Positions 10,501 to 24,299 of a stretch of DNA of 64,000 nucleotides are shown here, piece after piece (within the stretch, counting starts at the first letter, position 1; every line of letters begins with the position of its first letter). Made by a program: the position numbers and the translations under genes. The notes below the pieces were generated by a model that was not told the origin of the DNA, did no database searches, and saw nothing but the letters and a program-made list of their open reading frames with translations. This DNA is from Cyanophora paradoxa CCMP329 (taxonomy: Eukaryota; Plantae; Glaucophyta), in NCBI GenBank assembly GCA_004431415.1, contig QPMI01000005.1:682001-746000 (forward strand), written 5' to 3'.

Positions 10501-13500
10501 CATGAGCAACCTGGCTGAGCGCAGGTGGGGTCGGGGTCGTGGGGTAATACAGCAGTTCAGCTAACGGCCGGCGCGTTCCACATCGCCTGTGGAGGGGGAT
10601 CCAGGTGCACTGTGCCGAGAAGCGCTCGGCCAGTACAAGCCCGCCCTGCCTGAAGCTTTTGATGCAGTTCGTGCACGGCTCATTGGGTCCTGGTGCCGAA
10701 CGAGGACTCTACATTCGGATCGATCGGGTCTCTCCGGCCGTTCGCATTCGGCGGCCCTGCCCCAGTGACGATTTCCGAGTATTCGTCCGCGTCGTGTACC
10801 CCCGATTGGAACAGCTGCTACGTCCAATGGAGCGGATACGGGAGCACGTACGGCCCATCGGTCAACGTCTACATGTGCAGGTCGGGCGTCACGCAGTTCG
10901 CCAACGAGAGCTGTGTCATGGTGCGCGTGCGTCGCGCTGTGGAGATACGGGTGCCCTGACCACCCCCCTGCAATTGCAGGCTGGGACTTCGAATTGGGGC
11001 GGCGCGTATCTGAACTTCGTCGAGAGCGCTTATCAAACCGTCTGCGGTGATTGCCCGGCCGCAGGCAATGCGTGCGTTTCTGCCATCGCCGTCTCTCCTA
11101 TCTACTGCTTCAGAAATAAACCCTGTCTCAGATCGTGCGTAGCCAACTGGGTCGTGATGCCCGCCGACGCTGTGCACCCGATGGCACAGCGCGCCATCAC
11201 CCTATTCTCTCCTCCGGCGATCGCTTTCACCGGCGGAACGTCCGCGAACTGCACCGCCGACATGGCCAGCTGCACCGTCACGTGGAGCGGTTTTGGAAGC
11301 GGACAGTACGGCTACGTGCGCCTCGCCATTTGTCGCGCTGGCGTCACGAGTACATTGGATGCGACTTCTGGATGCTTTGTCGTGCGCATGCACAGCCTCT
11401 ATCCGTGTCCACTGTTTATAATGTGGAGCCTGAGCCCCCTCCCTCCGCTATTTGCTCTCTCAGGTGCAATCGAACCTTAATGGTGGCTCAGCTTCGGTGA
11501 TCCCGCCCTCCTCCGCTTTCGCTCTCGTCTGCGGACAGGCCACGTGCACGCTTCTTGTCTGTATTTCTTTAGTATCTTCCAACGCGTCGCAGCTCCTGCG
11601 CCGCGAACTGGGTGCTCGAGTCCGCAAACGGACCCTGCCCCTCCGCCAGCCGCCCCTTCGTCTTCACGGCGGCACCAGCGCTGTTCCTCTCGGATTCAAC
11701 CTCTGACCCATGCTCTGTTGGCGGAGCTTCTTGCACCGTCGCATGGTCTGGGGCCGGCCGAAGCGAGATCATTGGCGTGTTCCTGTGCCGTACGGGCGTC
11801 ACGGTACCGGTGGCCAATGTCTCCGCCTTCAATTCCACAGGAGACACCTGCGTGCAGGTCTGCCCTTGATCTCGTCCCACTTAATTGACGCGCATCACTT
11901 TGTAAAACAAAGTCAACCCTGACACTTCCCATGTCTCGACAGGTGGGCACAAACGCGACAAGCTTCAACCAAGGCTCCGTCAGCTTTTATCTTCAGGACA
12001 GCACATTCGGCGCAATCTGCGGTTTCGGCGTAACGTGCACTCCTCGGCCGCCCCCTGAAACTGTGACAGTGCACAAAAGATGACGAAAGCCCGATGCCGC
12101 ACGCACAGATCGTGCTCGGCGAACTGGGTGGTGTCGACCGCCTCGGGCTCTGCAACCAACACGTCGGCCTACCGCCCCGTCACGCTTTACCGAGTTGCGG
12201 GTGCGCTGCGCTTGTGCACATTAAGATGACCATGAGAGCAACGAACGCTGATTTTGGCATGCGCTGATTTCAATGCCGCGATCGACAGCACTGCGCCTCA
12301 CAAGTCAGACAGCTTTATCTTGTATGGCGTCGCCCGCGGATCCCAGTTTGCAGCGGACAGCTCCTAATTGCTTGGTTCACGTGACGACTCCATCGTACTA
12401 CCATGGCAACTACTGGTGGTCGCCTCCTTCGACGCTGCGCGTCTATGTGTGCCCTCTGGGCGTCGCTCGGCAATTGAACGTGACCGGCGCGAGCTCCTGG
12501 ATCTTCATTGCGAGCTGTTTTGAGGTGCTTTTCCGAGTGACGCGGCGCATGCACGACATATATTCTGATCTCAAGCACGCACAGGTTGCCGGTTATTCCA
12601 CGTGGTGGTATATCACACAGGATATTCCTTTTGGAGTGGCCCCAACTGCCGCATCATACCGATCTATATGCGGAGCGAGCCACAGGTTTTCCCAGCTATC
12701 TTTATTATTCTAGATCTCTGAATAATCCTTCCCTCGACTCAAGGGCCCCTCGTTCTCGCAGCGGCTGCGCTTCGGCCTGGATCGTCTTCCATGAATATTA
12801 CGGGCACTACGATGTGCGGCCGTTCGACTTTCTGCCACCGCCCCCGGAGCAACCCATCCTCTTCGCCCCGTGGTCGGCCACCAACTGCTCAGCTGGCGGC
12901 GAGCCCTGCAACGTTGGCTGGACAGGTCACGGAACGGGCTTTTGCTGCAGCGCAGTGCAGCTCTTCATCTGTCCCGCCGACGTCGATGCGCCAGCGTCCG
13001 GCTCGACCGGCCCGAATGCGACGGAATCTTGCATATGGGTGCGCGACGCACGTGCCCGCATGCGGGTGCATTTCAGTAGGCTCATTATCACTGCACCCGG
13101 CTCGCAGATGGCGAGCGGAGGCTACGGATCTATCTCGGCATCGCCCACTCTGGCCTCTTACAGGCGGCTCTGCGGGATGGCGCCCAGGTCAGCCCCTGCA
13201 TGTACCGGCTCTGGTACTGCGCGGCGCTGACGCCGGTTTTGCTGTGCACACGTGCAGCGGCTGCCCCGCGGTCTGGCGCATTGTCTCCACCACAGATTCC
13301 ACGAATTTCGCCTCCCAGAACATGACGCTGCTGCCACCACCGCCCATCGTAATCGCCGACTCGAGCGCTGCCAACTGCTCCGCGGGCGGCGGCTCTTGCA
13401 TCATTTCTTGGGCGGGGTACGGCATCAGCAGCGGAAGCGTGGCGGTGTACGTGTGCAGCGCGGCGGTGACGCAGGCGTCCGACGCGGCGGGCTCCCCATC

Positions 13501-16500
13501 TTGCTTCAACGTGCGGGCCTTCGAATTCCTCCTTGTTGCAATCGCAGGCACTCTGCTGACTTTCTCGGGTCTGCGCGACCTGGCTGAGCGCAGGTGTGGT
13601 CGGGATCTTTGGGTAATACAGCAGTTCAGCTGACGGCCGGCGCGTTCCACGCGGCCTGCGGAGAGGGATCCAGGTGCACTGTGCCGAGAAGCGCTCGGCC
13701 AGTACAAGCCCGCCCTGCCTGAAGCTTTTGATGCAGTTCGTGCACGGCTCATTGGGTCCTGGTGCCGAACGAGGACTCGACGTTCGGCTCAATCGCTTCT
13801 CTCCGACCGTTCACATTCGGCGGCCCTGTCCCAGTGACGATTTCCGAGTATTCATCCGCTTCGTGTACCCCTGATTGGAACAGCTGCTACGTCCAATGGA
13901 GCGGATACGGGAGCACATACGGCCCATCGGTCAACGTTTACATGTGCAGGTCGGGCTTCACGCAGTTCGCCAACGAGAGCTGTGTCATGGTGCGAGTGCC
14001 ATTTGTGTCCCGCCTGTCAATAGATAGGCCCATCACCCTTGCGTCTGCAGGCCGGGGCTTCAAATTCGGGCGTCGCGTATTTGTACGCCGTTGAGAGCGC
14101 CTATGAAACGGTCTGTGGCGGCTGCCCGGCCGCAACCAATGCGTGCGTTTCTGCTGTAATCATTGTCACCATATCCCTGCCGTTCTGCTGTCTTTTACAG
14201 AATTCAACTCGATCGCAGATCGTGCGTAGCAAACTGGGTCGTGACTCCAGCGGACGCTTCGTACATGTCGGCGCACCGTGCCGTTACCCTTTTGTCTCCC
14301 CCGGCCATTGCTTTTACCGGGGGAACGTCCGCGAACTGCACCGCCGACATGGCCAGCTGCACCGTCACGTGGAGCGGTTTTGGAAGCGGACAGTACGGCT
14401 ACGTGCGCCTCGCCATTTGTCGCGCTGGCGTCACGCGCACAGCGGACGCGACTTCTGGATGCTTTGTCGTGCGCAGCCCTTGTTCATGAGCGCTGTCTAT
14501 AATGTGGAGCCTGAGTCTCCTCCCTCCGCACCTCGCTGCTTCAGGTGCAATCGAACCTTCATGGTGGCTCGGCTTCGGTGATCCCGCCCTCCTCCGCTTT
14601 CGCCCTCACCTGCGGACAGGCCACGTGCACGCTTCTTGTCTGTATTTCTGTAGTATCGTCCAACGCGTCGCAGCTCCTGCACCGCGAACTGGGTGCTCGA
14701 GTCCGCAAACGGACCCTGCCCCTCCGCCAGCCACCCCTTCGTCTTCACGGCGGCACCAGCACTGTTCCTCTCTGAGTCGACTTCCGACCCCTGCTCCGTT
14801 GGCAATGTGCCTTGCACCGTCGCGTGGTCGGGGGCCGGACGGAGCGAGATAACCGCCGTGTTCCTGTGCCGCGCCGGTGTCACGGCGGCCAATATTAATG
14901 TCTCCGCATACAACACCACAGGGGACACCTGCGTGCAGGTTCGTCTCTCGCCTCACGCATGCGCAGTGGCATTCAGCCCTGACCCATCCCACATCCGAGC
15001 AGGTGAGCTCCGCAGGACCGTACCAAGGCTCGGCCAGCGTGTATCTCCAGGACAGTACATACGCCGTCATCTGTGGCTCCAGCATACGGTGCGGTGCAGC
15101 TTTTCCCATGAACCGCAGGACCGCAGCAGCTCCGTGCACGTGCAGTGACGAGGACTTCTATTTCGCGCGCGCAGATCGTGCTCGGCGAACTGGGTGGTGT
15201 CAACCGCCTCAAGCTCTGCAACCAACGCGTCGACGTCGGCGTACCGCGCCGTCACACTCTACCGAGCTGCAAGTGCGCTGCGCGTCCGCGTCCCCTGTTA
15301 AAAACGATCACGATGTACATTACCTACGAAGTCCTCTGTCGGCTGAGCGCGCGCTGTATCGACAGCGCTCCTGCTGTCGAGTCAGACGGCGTCAAGCTGC
15401 AGCGCCTCGAGCGCCGATGGCTCGCGGAATTCTTCGACCTGCCTGATTCGCTGGACGTCGCCGAATCAAAAGTATTATGGGTGGTCTCCGCTGCATGTCT
15501 ACGTGTGCCCTTCAAGCGTTGAACAGCTTTCGCAATCAAACGCGACCAGCTCCAGTCTCTGGAACATTATCGCGACGTGTATTCATGTGCGCATGCCATT
15601 TCGGGTTCCATCACACCGACGCGCATTTTTAGAATGATCGCATATGCACGAGTGCAGGTAGCTAGTACGTACTCCTGGTGGGATTATACAACTTATCAGG
15701 GAGACGCCCTGTGGGTGGCCCCAACTGCTACGGCGTACCGCTCGATCTGCGGGGCGAGCCAAAGGTGCTGCCAAAACTACCCTAGGCTCCGGATGTTCTA
15801 CATCTGACCGTGGTATCAAACTTGCGACGATTGCAATCTCGCAGTGGATGCACGGCTGCCTGGCTCGTCTCTATGGATTATTACGGGCACTACGATGTGC
15901 GGCCGTTCGACTTTCTTCCACCGCCCCCGGAACCGCCCATCGTCTTCGCCCCATGGACGGCCACCAACTGCTCAGCTGGCGGCGATCCCTGCAACGTCGG
16001 CTGGACAGGCCACGGAACGGGCTTTTGCTGCAGCGCAGTGCAGCTCTTCATCTGTCCTGCCGACATTGATGCCCTCGCGTCCGGCTCATCCATCCCGAAC
16101 GCGACGGAATCCTGTGTTTGGGTGCGCTACACGCGCGATCGCGTGCGGTTGCATCTCTGCGGGCTGATTATGAAGACCCCCGGCTCGCAGGTGGCAAGCG
16201 GAAACTACGGATCCTTTTCGCCATCGCCCACTCTGGCCTCGTACCGGCAGATCTGCGGGATGGCGCCCAGGTCTGCCCGTGCATGTGGCGATCGAGAATC
16301 GAGGGCTGTTCGCTGACGTCGACGCCGGTGTGCACACGCGCAGCGGCTGTCCCGCGGTCTGGCGCATTGTCTCCACCACAGATTCCACGAATTTTGCCTC
16401 CCAGAACATGACGCTGCTGCCGCCGCCGCCCATCGTGATCGCCGACTCGAGCGCTGCTAGCTGCTCCGCGGGCGGCGAGCATTGCTACTTGTACTGGAAG

Positions 16501-19500
16501 GGGTACGGCGTCAGCAGCGGAAGCGTGGCGGTGTACGTGTGCAGCTCGGCGGTGACGCAGGCGTCCGACGCGGCGGGCTCCCCCTCGTGCTTCCAGGTGC
16601 GAGCCTTTGAATTTGACACACTTCGTTATTGATCATGAGTTGCCTTCCTGGACGTCGACGCAGGTGGGGTCGGGGTCTTGGGGATACGCAGCATTCCAAC
16701 TCACGGCTGGCGCGTTCCAAACAGCTTGTGAATTTGGATCCAGGTGCGTTTTTCCGCGTCCTAGATCTAGACGCGCTCGGCCAGTACAAGCCCGCCCGGC
16801 CTGAAGCTCCTTGGTGCAGTTCGTGCACGGCTCATTGGGTCCTGGTGCCGAACGAGGACTCGTTCGGCTCGATCGCGTCCCTCCGGCCGTTCACGTTTGG
16901 CGGGCCTGTCCCAATGACGATCTCCGAGTATACGCCCTCTTCGTGTAGATCTGATTGGAGCGCTTGCTTCGTCCAATGGAGCGGATACGGGAGCACGTAC
17001 GGTCCGTCGGTCAACGTTTACATCTGCAGGTCGGGTGTCACGCAATTCGCCAACGAGAGCTGTGTCGTGGTGCGCTTGCGCCGCGCTGTGTAGAAAAGCG
17101 GGTCCCGACCACCCTGCATCTGCAGGCTGGGGCTTCAAGTACGGGTATTGTGTATTTGGACCCCGTCGAGAGCGTCTATGAAGCCGTCTGCGGCGGCTGC
17201 CCGGCCGCAGGCAATGAGTGCGTTTCTGCGTGCCATCACCGTCTCTTCAATCTGCTGCTTCATAAATCAACCATGCTGCAGCTCTTGCATAGCCAACTGG
17301 ATCGTGAGAGCCTCCGACGCTTCGTACCTGTCGACACACCGCGCTGTCACCTTGCTCTCTCCACGGGATATCGTTTTCACCGATGGGACGGCCTCGAACT
17401 GCACCGCCGATATGGGCAGCTGCGCCGTCACGTGGAGTGGCTTCGGAAAATATGGGTACAGTCATCCAGGCACGTACAACTACGTGCGCCTCGCCATATG
17501 TCGCGCTGGCGTCACGCGCACAGCGGACGCAACTTCTGGATGCTTCGTCGTGCGCATACCTCGAGCATTTGTTTTATTAACATTTTATTAACATAATCGA
17601 GCCTGATCTCCCGGCCGCGGCTTTTTGCACTTCATGCTGTCTCAGGTGCACTCGAGCCTTTATGGCGGCTCTGCTTCAGTACACCCGTCCTCATCCGCCT
17701 TCACCCTCGTCTGCGGAGAGGCCCCGTGCGCGCTTCATGTCTCCATCCTCCTAGAATCGCCTGACTTGTCGCAGCTCCTGCGCCGCAAACTGGGTGCTTG
17801 AGTCCACAAATGGGCCCTGCCCCTCGGCCAGCCACCCCTTCGTCTTCGCCGTGGCGCCAGCGCTGTTCCTCTCCGAGTCCACGTATGACAGATGCTCCGT
17901 CGGCAACGTGCCTTGCATCGTCTCGTGGTCGGGGTCCGGCCGGAACGAGATAATTGGCGTGTTCTTGTGCCGTGCGGGTGTCACGGCGGCCAATGGCTCC
18001 GCCTCCAATTTCACGGCAGATACCTGCATACAGGTGCGTCCCTCGAGCTTGCCTCACGCAGTCGATGCATTCAACCCTTATCCATCCCGCGTCTGGGTAG
18101 GTGAGCTCCGCAGGGCCATACCAAGGCTCCATCAGCTTGTATCTTCAGGACAGCACATTCGTCGCCATCTGCGGCTTCAGCGTAACGTGCACTCATCGGC
18201 CACCCTCCATCTGCCACGCGGCTGCCCGATCGGTCGCGCGAATGTGCACGCGTACAATTCTGACGGGAGCCCGATGCCGCACGCGCAGATCGTGCTCGGC
18301 GAACTGGGTGGTGTCGACCGCCTTGGGCTCTGCAACCAACGCTTCAGCCTACCGCGCCGTCACGCTTTATCGAACTGCGAGTGCGCTGTGCTTCTGCCCC
18401 GTCTTTGGAGAGTGCCGAATGAAGATTTCGGCATGGTCTGATCGTGCGGGTCGCTGGCAGCACTCTTCCTGACGATTCAGACGGCTTCAAGCTGCAGCGC
18501 TTCCGGTGTTAACGGATTGCGGAATTCTTCGACCTGCCTGATCCATTGGATGCATCCTTTGGACTATTACTACTCATCGGCGTTGCGCGTCTACGTGTGC
18601 CCGGCGGGAGCCGTGCAGCTCTCGCAGTTGAACGCGACAGTATCGAGCCCCTGGAACATCATTGGGAGCTGTTTCGAGGTGCCGGGATGGAGACCGCTAC
18701 CCTGAAACGCTTTGTACTTTAGATCTGATTGCACGCGTGCTCAGGTGTCCAGTACATACGGGTGGTGGGGGTATACGCAGGAGAGCTCGATGTCTGTGGC
18801 ACCAACAGCCGCTGTGTACCGCTCAATGTGCGGTTCAAGCCAAAGGTGCTTCTAGCGTTTTTGTCCTAATGCGCACTTCCTCTCCCCTTGGGCCAAACGG
18901 TCTTACAGCGGCTGCGCGGCCGCCTGGCTCATCTTCATGGAATCTTACGGGCATTACGATACCCGGCCCTTCCACTTCCTGCCGCCGCCCCCGGAGCCCC
19001 CAATGAGGATCGATTCCGGCACTCAGACGAGCTGCGCCATCGGGGCTTACTGCTGGATCTACTGGACCGGCCCACCCGGGTCTATTTATGCTTGCCGCCA
19101 ATCGGCATTCGATTCTTACGCAACTGTAATTTCGAACACAAACCTTAATCGAACGGGGCTCTGCGTTACGGTGACTCGTGTTCATGTTCTTTCTTTCAAT
19201 AGTTTCGGCTCGAGATCTATGCATTGCAACTGACTCCTGAGAACGCAGATCGCCACGGATGGGGGCGCTGGCTCCCGCGTTCACCCTTATTCGCCGCGCT
19301 CCCACGACCTGGACGTCCTCTGCGGAAGCAGCTCTCCGTGCGCATCTCTTTCAAATGAGCTCTATAATTTATACATTGCAAGATAATAGAAAAACAATTT
19401 CTAATTGAGCTATAATTTCGAAATCGAAGTTTCCCAGGATTCTCGAGGAGCTCAGAAGCTTAAGCTTCAGCTCTCGAGAATATTCATCCCGAAGATGCGA

Positions 19501-22500
19501 GCTTACGCACTATCTGCGTGCACAGGAGGTGCACGGTCGTCTTGGCGGCCATCTCAACCTACGAGCCATCCAACATTGCCACGCTCAGCCCCGTCACACT
19601 CTTGCGAGGATCCTGTGCGTCCGTCCTTCCCTTTCTGCGTGGCCCTGTCACATTTTCTAACTCGATTTTCGTATCCAGACTTGGATTCGAATTCGAGCAC
19701 AGACAGTAGCCAGACGTGCTCGTGGGGTAGTCAGGGAGCAGTGCGCCTCGTCGACGGTCCCTCCGCCTCTTCGGGTCGCGTCGAAGTCTGCCACAACGCA
19801 AACTGGGGCACCGTTTGCGGTCTGCACTCTTCCCGCCTCACGCTTCACGCTTCACTCTTCTCTACGTTTTCTGACGCGCCGCTTCGTACGCGTGGCAGAC
19901 GACAACTTCGGAATGAACGCTGCGAACGTGGTCTGCCGCCAGCTCGGCTACTCGTTCGCCGGGGCGAAGTACGCCTCTGCAATATTTGGCGAGGGCTCTG
20001 GCCCCGTCCTGCTCGACGGTCCGTGCTTTCGGTGGCAAAACTGCACGGAAAGGGTCTCTCCGCTGAAAGCTTAAGTTCGCAGGCTTTGCGTGTCTGGGGT
20101 GGGAACCAAGCCTCTGGAATTGCTACCTGCGCAATGGATGGGGCGTGCACGACTGCACCCACGCAGAGGACGCCGGTGTGGCCTGCGGCGGCGAGCCCCT
20201 GCCACCCTTCCCGCCCAAGCCCCCCCGCAACGACACTGGCCACGGTGCGATCACGATTCTCGGCACGCATCAGTGTCTGCCACGCACAAGTCTTGACCGC
20301 AAGCGTTTTTATCTGCAGCTGACAACACTTCCGGAGTCGACGTCTGTCCGGGATCGATGGCCCCGCCGAAAACCGTCGTGTCATCCTATCAGGTCCGCTC
20401 CTTCTTCTTTCTCCTTTTTGATACATGTCTTTCTTGAGCGCTTCGAAATCCGACCCACCGTCCGACGTACAGATCCGCTGCCCGCCGCGCCTGCGCGTGG
20501 CCCCGGCGCCGGAGGACACCGGCGGCGTTCTGGTGCCCGGCGTGGCCCGCCCCGTCTGCGCCGCCCGCATGCCGGACCTCTCCCGGGTCCTCACGCTCCC
20601 CGGTGCGCCCGGCAACCCTCTATCTTTGTTTAATGTATAAATATTTCTGGCGGCGGCTATAGGCCTCTAGGCTATAGGCCTTTATTTAATGTGTAATGTA
20701 TATAATCCTCACGCTCCCTGGTGCGCCCGGCGGCCCAAGGCCTCTCTCATTATTTCTAGATGTTTACGTGTCGCCTTGATTTCTTTGATATCTGACTTCT
20801 ATTATTTCTAGATGTTTATGTGCCGCCTTGCATTCTTTGATATCTGACTCGCGCCGAATTCGAAACAACAGCGGGCGTCGCGATCAGCCAGAGCCCCGCG
20901 GTCGGCGATGTGCTGTACCCGGCCTTCGCGGGCGCCGGCAACCCCGAGTGGACGTACCCCCTCCCCCCCTCCGCGCCGGGCGTGTACGAAGCGACGGTCG
21001 TCGTCGCCAGCAACCCGACCGGCTCGGGGCCCATCGGCTCGTGCAGCATTTTAATCGAGGTCGAGCCGGCGGAGGAGCGGCTCTGCGGCGCCGGCAGGCA
21101 GGTCGGGGACGCCGGCGGCAGCGCCTGCCCGCCCGCCTTCCTCGCGCTGCCGCTGCCGGCGGACGGCTCCTGCACCGCGTACCTGCCCGACCTCCGCCCC
21201 AACGTCACTTACAACGCCACGGGCGCCTGCCCGCGGCCCAACCCGCACCCCGTCCTCGTCCAGGACCCCGCCCCGCAGCCAGTGCGCGCTTTGATTGCAA
21301 AACAATCTCGTAATCTGCATGTATGCATGGCCTCGTGCAGATCGAGGTCGGGATGACGCACCGCGTCAACATCAGCGCCGGTTACGGCGCGCCTGCCATC
21401 TGCTCGACCAATGTTGCGGTGCGCATGCACAGCTCGAGCCAACGCCAAAGGCTGCAAGCCACGCTCCACGACCGCTCACGCCCGCGCATGCACAGGTGTA
21501 CTACGCTTCGGCGCCCGTCCTCCGCATCCTCGAGCCGCACGGCCTCCTCGCCGCCAAGTCACTCGAGGCCGGCGGCCCCCCGACGACCGATTTCTACCTG
21601 AGGTGCTTTAAAAGGCTAAGGCGATTTAAGCTAAGGCTTGCAGCAGAAGTGTTAAGGTGTTTTACGGTGGTTTAATTTAGACTAAGCGAAGGCTAGCAGC
21701 ATACCATAAAGTTCAGTAATAATGTAGAAACAATATGGTCCAGATAGTTCATCCTCGAGCTCTTTTGAAGTTCGCTTGAAATCAGCAAATCGAGGAATAT
21801 GGCCTGGGCCTATAGGCTTCCCGGGCCTCGCAATCGGCCCCGGCTCTCGCTCAGACGGCCGCTCAGATGGTCCGTCTCGCCGCACTGCGGCGACGTGCCG
21901 CGGGTGTGCCGCCTGCGCGTGCGGACCGCCGACCCCGACGTGGGCTTCGACGGGACGCTGGCCCCCGACTTCGCGCCCGGCGTGCCCGCCTGGGTGCTCC
22001 CCGCCTCCGTCGGCGGGCACTACTTCGCGCCGAACGTGCTTGCCGGGTTTTCCCTCGGGCTCTCGCCCGTCGTCCGAAACGCTACCCTCGAAGCGTGCGC
22101 GCCGCAAACAACAATATTCATTTCGAATTCACGCTGAAGCTTTAAAGCATCTTATAGAAGCTATATATGCCCTCGGAAGTACGGTTGTTATTGATTACAA
22201 CAACCCGATCGGCGCCCGCGCTCCGAGCCCTTGATTGTAGATGTTGAAGAAAATCCAATTCACCGCTGATTTTGTGATATATATATTCCTATTTGTTAAT
22301 TCATTACACTTTCGGATACGGTTTATTTGGCGATCGGCGCTCGCGCTCCTTCCCGCCCCGCCCGCTGCTCACGGGCCGCCGCCGCGCGCAGGGCGGCCCC
22401 CGGGGCGGTGCTGCGGCGCTACAGCGTGAACCTCGCGTGCTCCTTCAACGCAGGCCTCGGGCATGGAGTGCAGATCCACCACGCCGCTGCCGCGTGGACC

Positions 22501-22521
22501 TTCGACGTCGTCAAACAGTAG
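7528..22521 (+). CDS. Giant secreted Cys-rich repeat protein: signal peptide, 22 six-Cys domains, SRCR domain, Pro linker, HYR/Ig-like C-terminal domains
   Basis: [22 protein letters not shown] signal peptide followed by a GTAAGC donor. Manual splicing gives ~115-135 aa modules C-x(5-16)-C-x3-W..VxVYVC..C | ..ICG | xCxAxW with introns at conserved positions. SRCR at 19735-20186. HYR-like segments (IRCPP.., [18 protein letters not shown]). Stop TAG at 22519-22521. No TM or GPI signal seen. Roughly 3,300 aa (estimate). Confidence 0.8.
9770..18990 (+). repeat. Three tandem ~3.07-kb higher-order units, each encoding six domains (A-F)
   Basis: Near-identical exon and intron sequence recurs at ~9770, ~12847 and ~15930 (e.g. 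[61 protein letters not shown]). Confidence 0.95.
19735..20186 (+). other. Scavenger receptor cysteine-rich (SRCR) domain within the giant gene
   Basis: Spliced sequence [28 protein letters not shown]|[29 protein letters not shown]|[31 protein letters not shown] matches the SRCR consensus. Confidence 0.95.
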
Positions 22522-24299
22522 GCCGGGATCCGGAATATATGGACGAAGTTTAAGGGCTTCGAATTCGACCCTTGCAATGTTTTCTGCCTTGTTTCGTTTC
22601 AACCAGCAGCATCATACGTAGGAACAACCTTTAAAGCAAAACATACTTCAAGTCACTGAGACGGCAAGCGGAACATGCGTGGTTTTTAGGTTAGTGCTAG
22701 TTTTTCAAGGAAACTAGTACTTGTGGTGCTCTTGATCTGCATGGGCAGCACGTAGGGCATGATTGTATACGCACATCATGCCAAGATGGCATGATTTTGT
22801 AAATCCACTCACTTGGTGATCATTAGCTATACCGTAGTACATGACTAGTACTAGTACTGGTTTTGAAAACAATGTGACTGCTCGCATTCTCGCTTTTGAG
22901 CATCGGATCTCGCTTTTTGTAGTCGATAGCTTAGTAAATGTTTCCAAATCGGAAGTGCTTCGCTTTCTTCGCAAGTGCTCTGGATCCTGTATCGCGGGGA
23001 TCCGCGGCCGGGATCCGGCACGGTCATGGGATATGTTCTGAAGTAGACGCTGCGCCAGCTATAGCTAGCGCTCAGCGGCTGCCGCAGTGCAGCTGCAGTC
23101 GTGACTAGCCGGGGCCCGTGTATACGTACGCGCACTAATTTAATGATTGCAATCGGCTATGCCTGCGCACTGCGGCACATCACATGATGAATGGTCTCTT
23201 TCTGTCGCTCTTTCACTGATCATGAGCTTTGTACGTATGCATGCGCATATGGCGGGCACATGTACACGTGCATGCCTATTCGCGACTCGGCGAGTAACAG
23301 CTCAGACAGAGACTAGCACTACATGTTCGGAGCTAAAACGACCGATCGCAAGCTAAGAAGAGACAACGATGTCAGGCGATGCTCTGCCAGGGCTGGCCTG
23401 GCCTTAGCCACAGCGGGGTGCCACAAAAATACAAACCGGTGACGCGAAAAATGGCCACCCCCTTGGCCCGCGGCCGGCTTCGAATTCTGCCGACCCCACC
23501 CGCCCCCGCGGCCGCCCGCCCCCTGATCCGATGATCCCGCCGACCCCTCGCCGCCCACCTCGCCCTCACCCTCCTCGCTCTCTGCTCCGCCTGTAATTTC
23601 CCGTGCTCCCTCGAGTTCCTCACCGTCGTCCCCGCCCCCCTTTCCGGAGTCCCGCCCCACCCCGTATCCGCTGCCCTTCTCCTGCGCCGCCCTCGCCTCT
23701 TTCTCTTCCTCTCCCTACCACGTGCACCTTTTCCACCTCCCTAAAGCTAGCTGGCATCTTCGACTATCTAGTCATGAGTATTCGGTCGGATGGGCACGTG
23801 CACGTCACGTAGAACATTAATATTGATACGCACATACATATGTGTCGTGGCGTACAACGGTATATATCATGATCAACGCGACGTCCACTTTCGCAAAAAT
23901 TAAAAAGGCGATGCGAAAAACGCCGGCTTCGAATTCCGAGCTGGCTAGCTAAGACGTCACAGCACGACAGGCAAACCGACGGTTAGCAAGGGAGGGATGA
24001 CCCCCATTGTATTCAAACGAAAATTAATATATAGGGATTTGAAAATGATATAGTTAGAACTGCTGCAGCAAACGAAACGTTGGCCGATAAGAAGGCCGAT
24101 ACTTATTCAAGTAAACATCAGCGCAGCTCTCAGCTGTCGAAGCTAATGAAGGCCGATACGTATATACAAGTAGACATCAGCTCAGTTCGAAGCTGTGGAA
24201 GCCAATTGCAAGGCTAAAACTATGTTCGAAGTCGTTAAGGCTCGAATGCGTCTCACGTTAAGTTCACCAGGCGGATTAAACTGGCGATCGACATCATGA

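Noticed and set aside
22600-24290. Short ORFs between the giant gene and the NLR-like gene
   Set aside because: No recognisable motifs or consistent splice pattern, so treated as intergenic.
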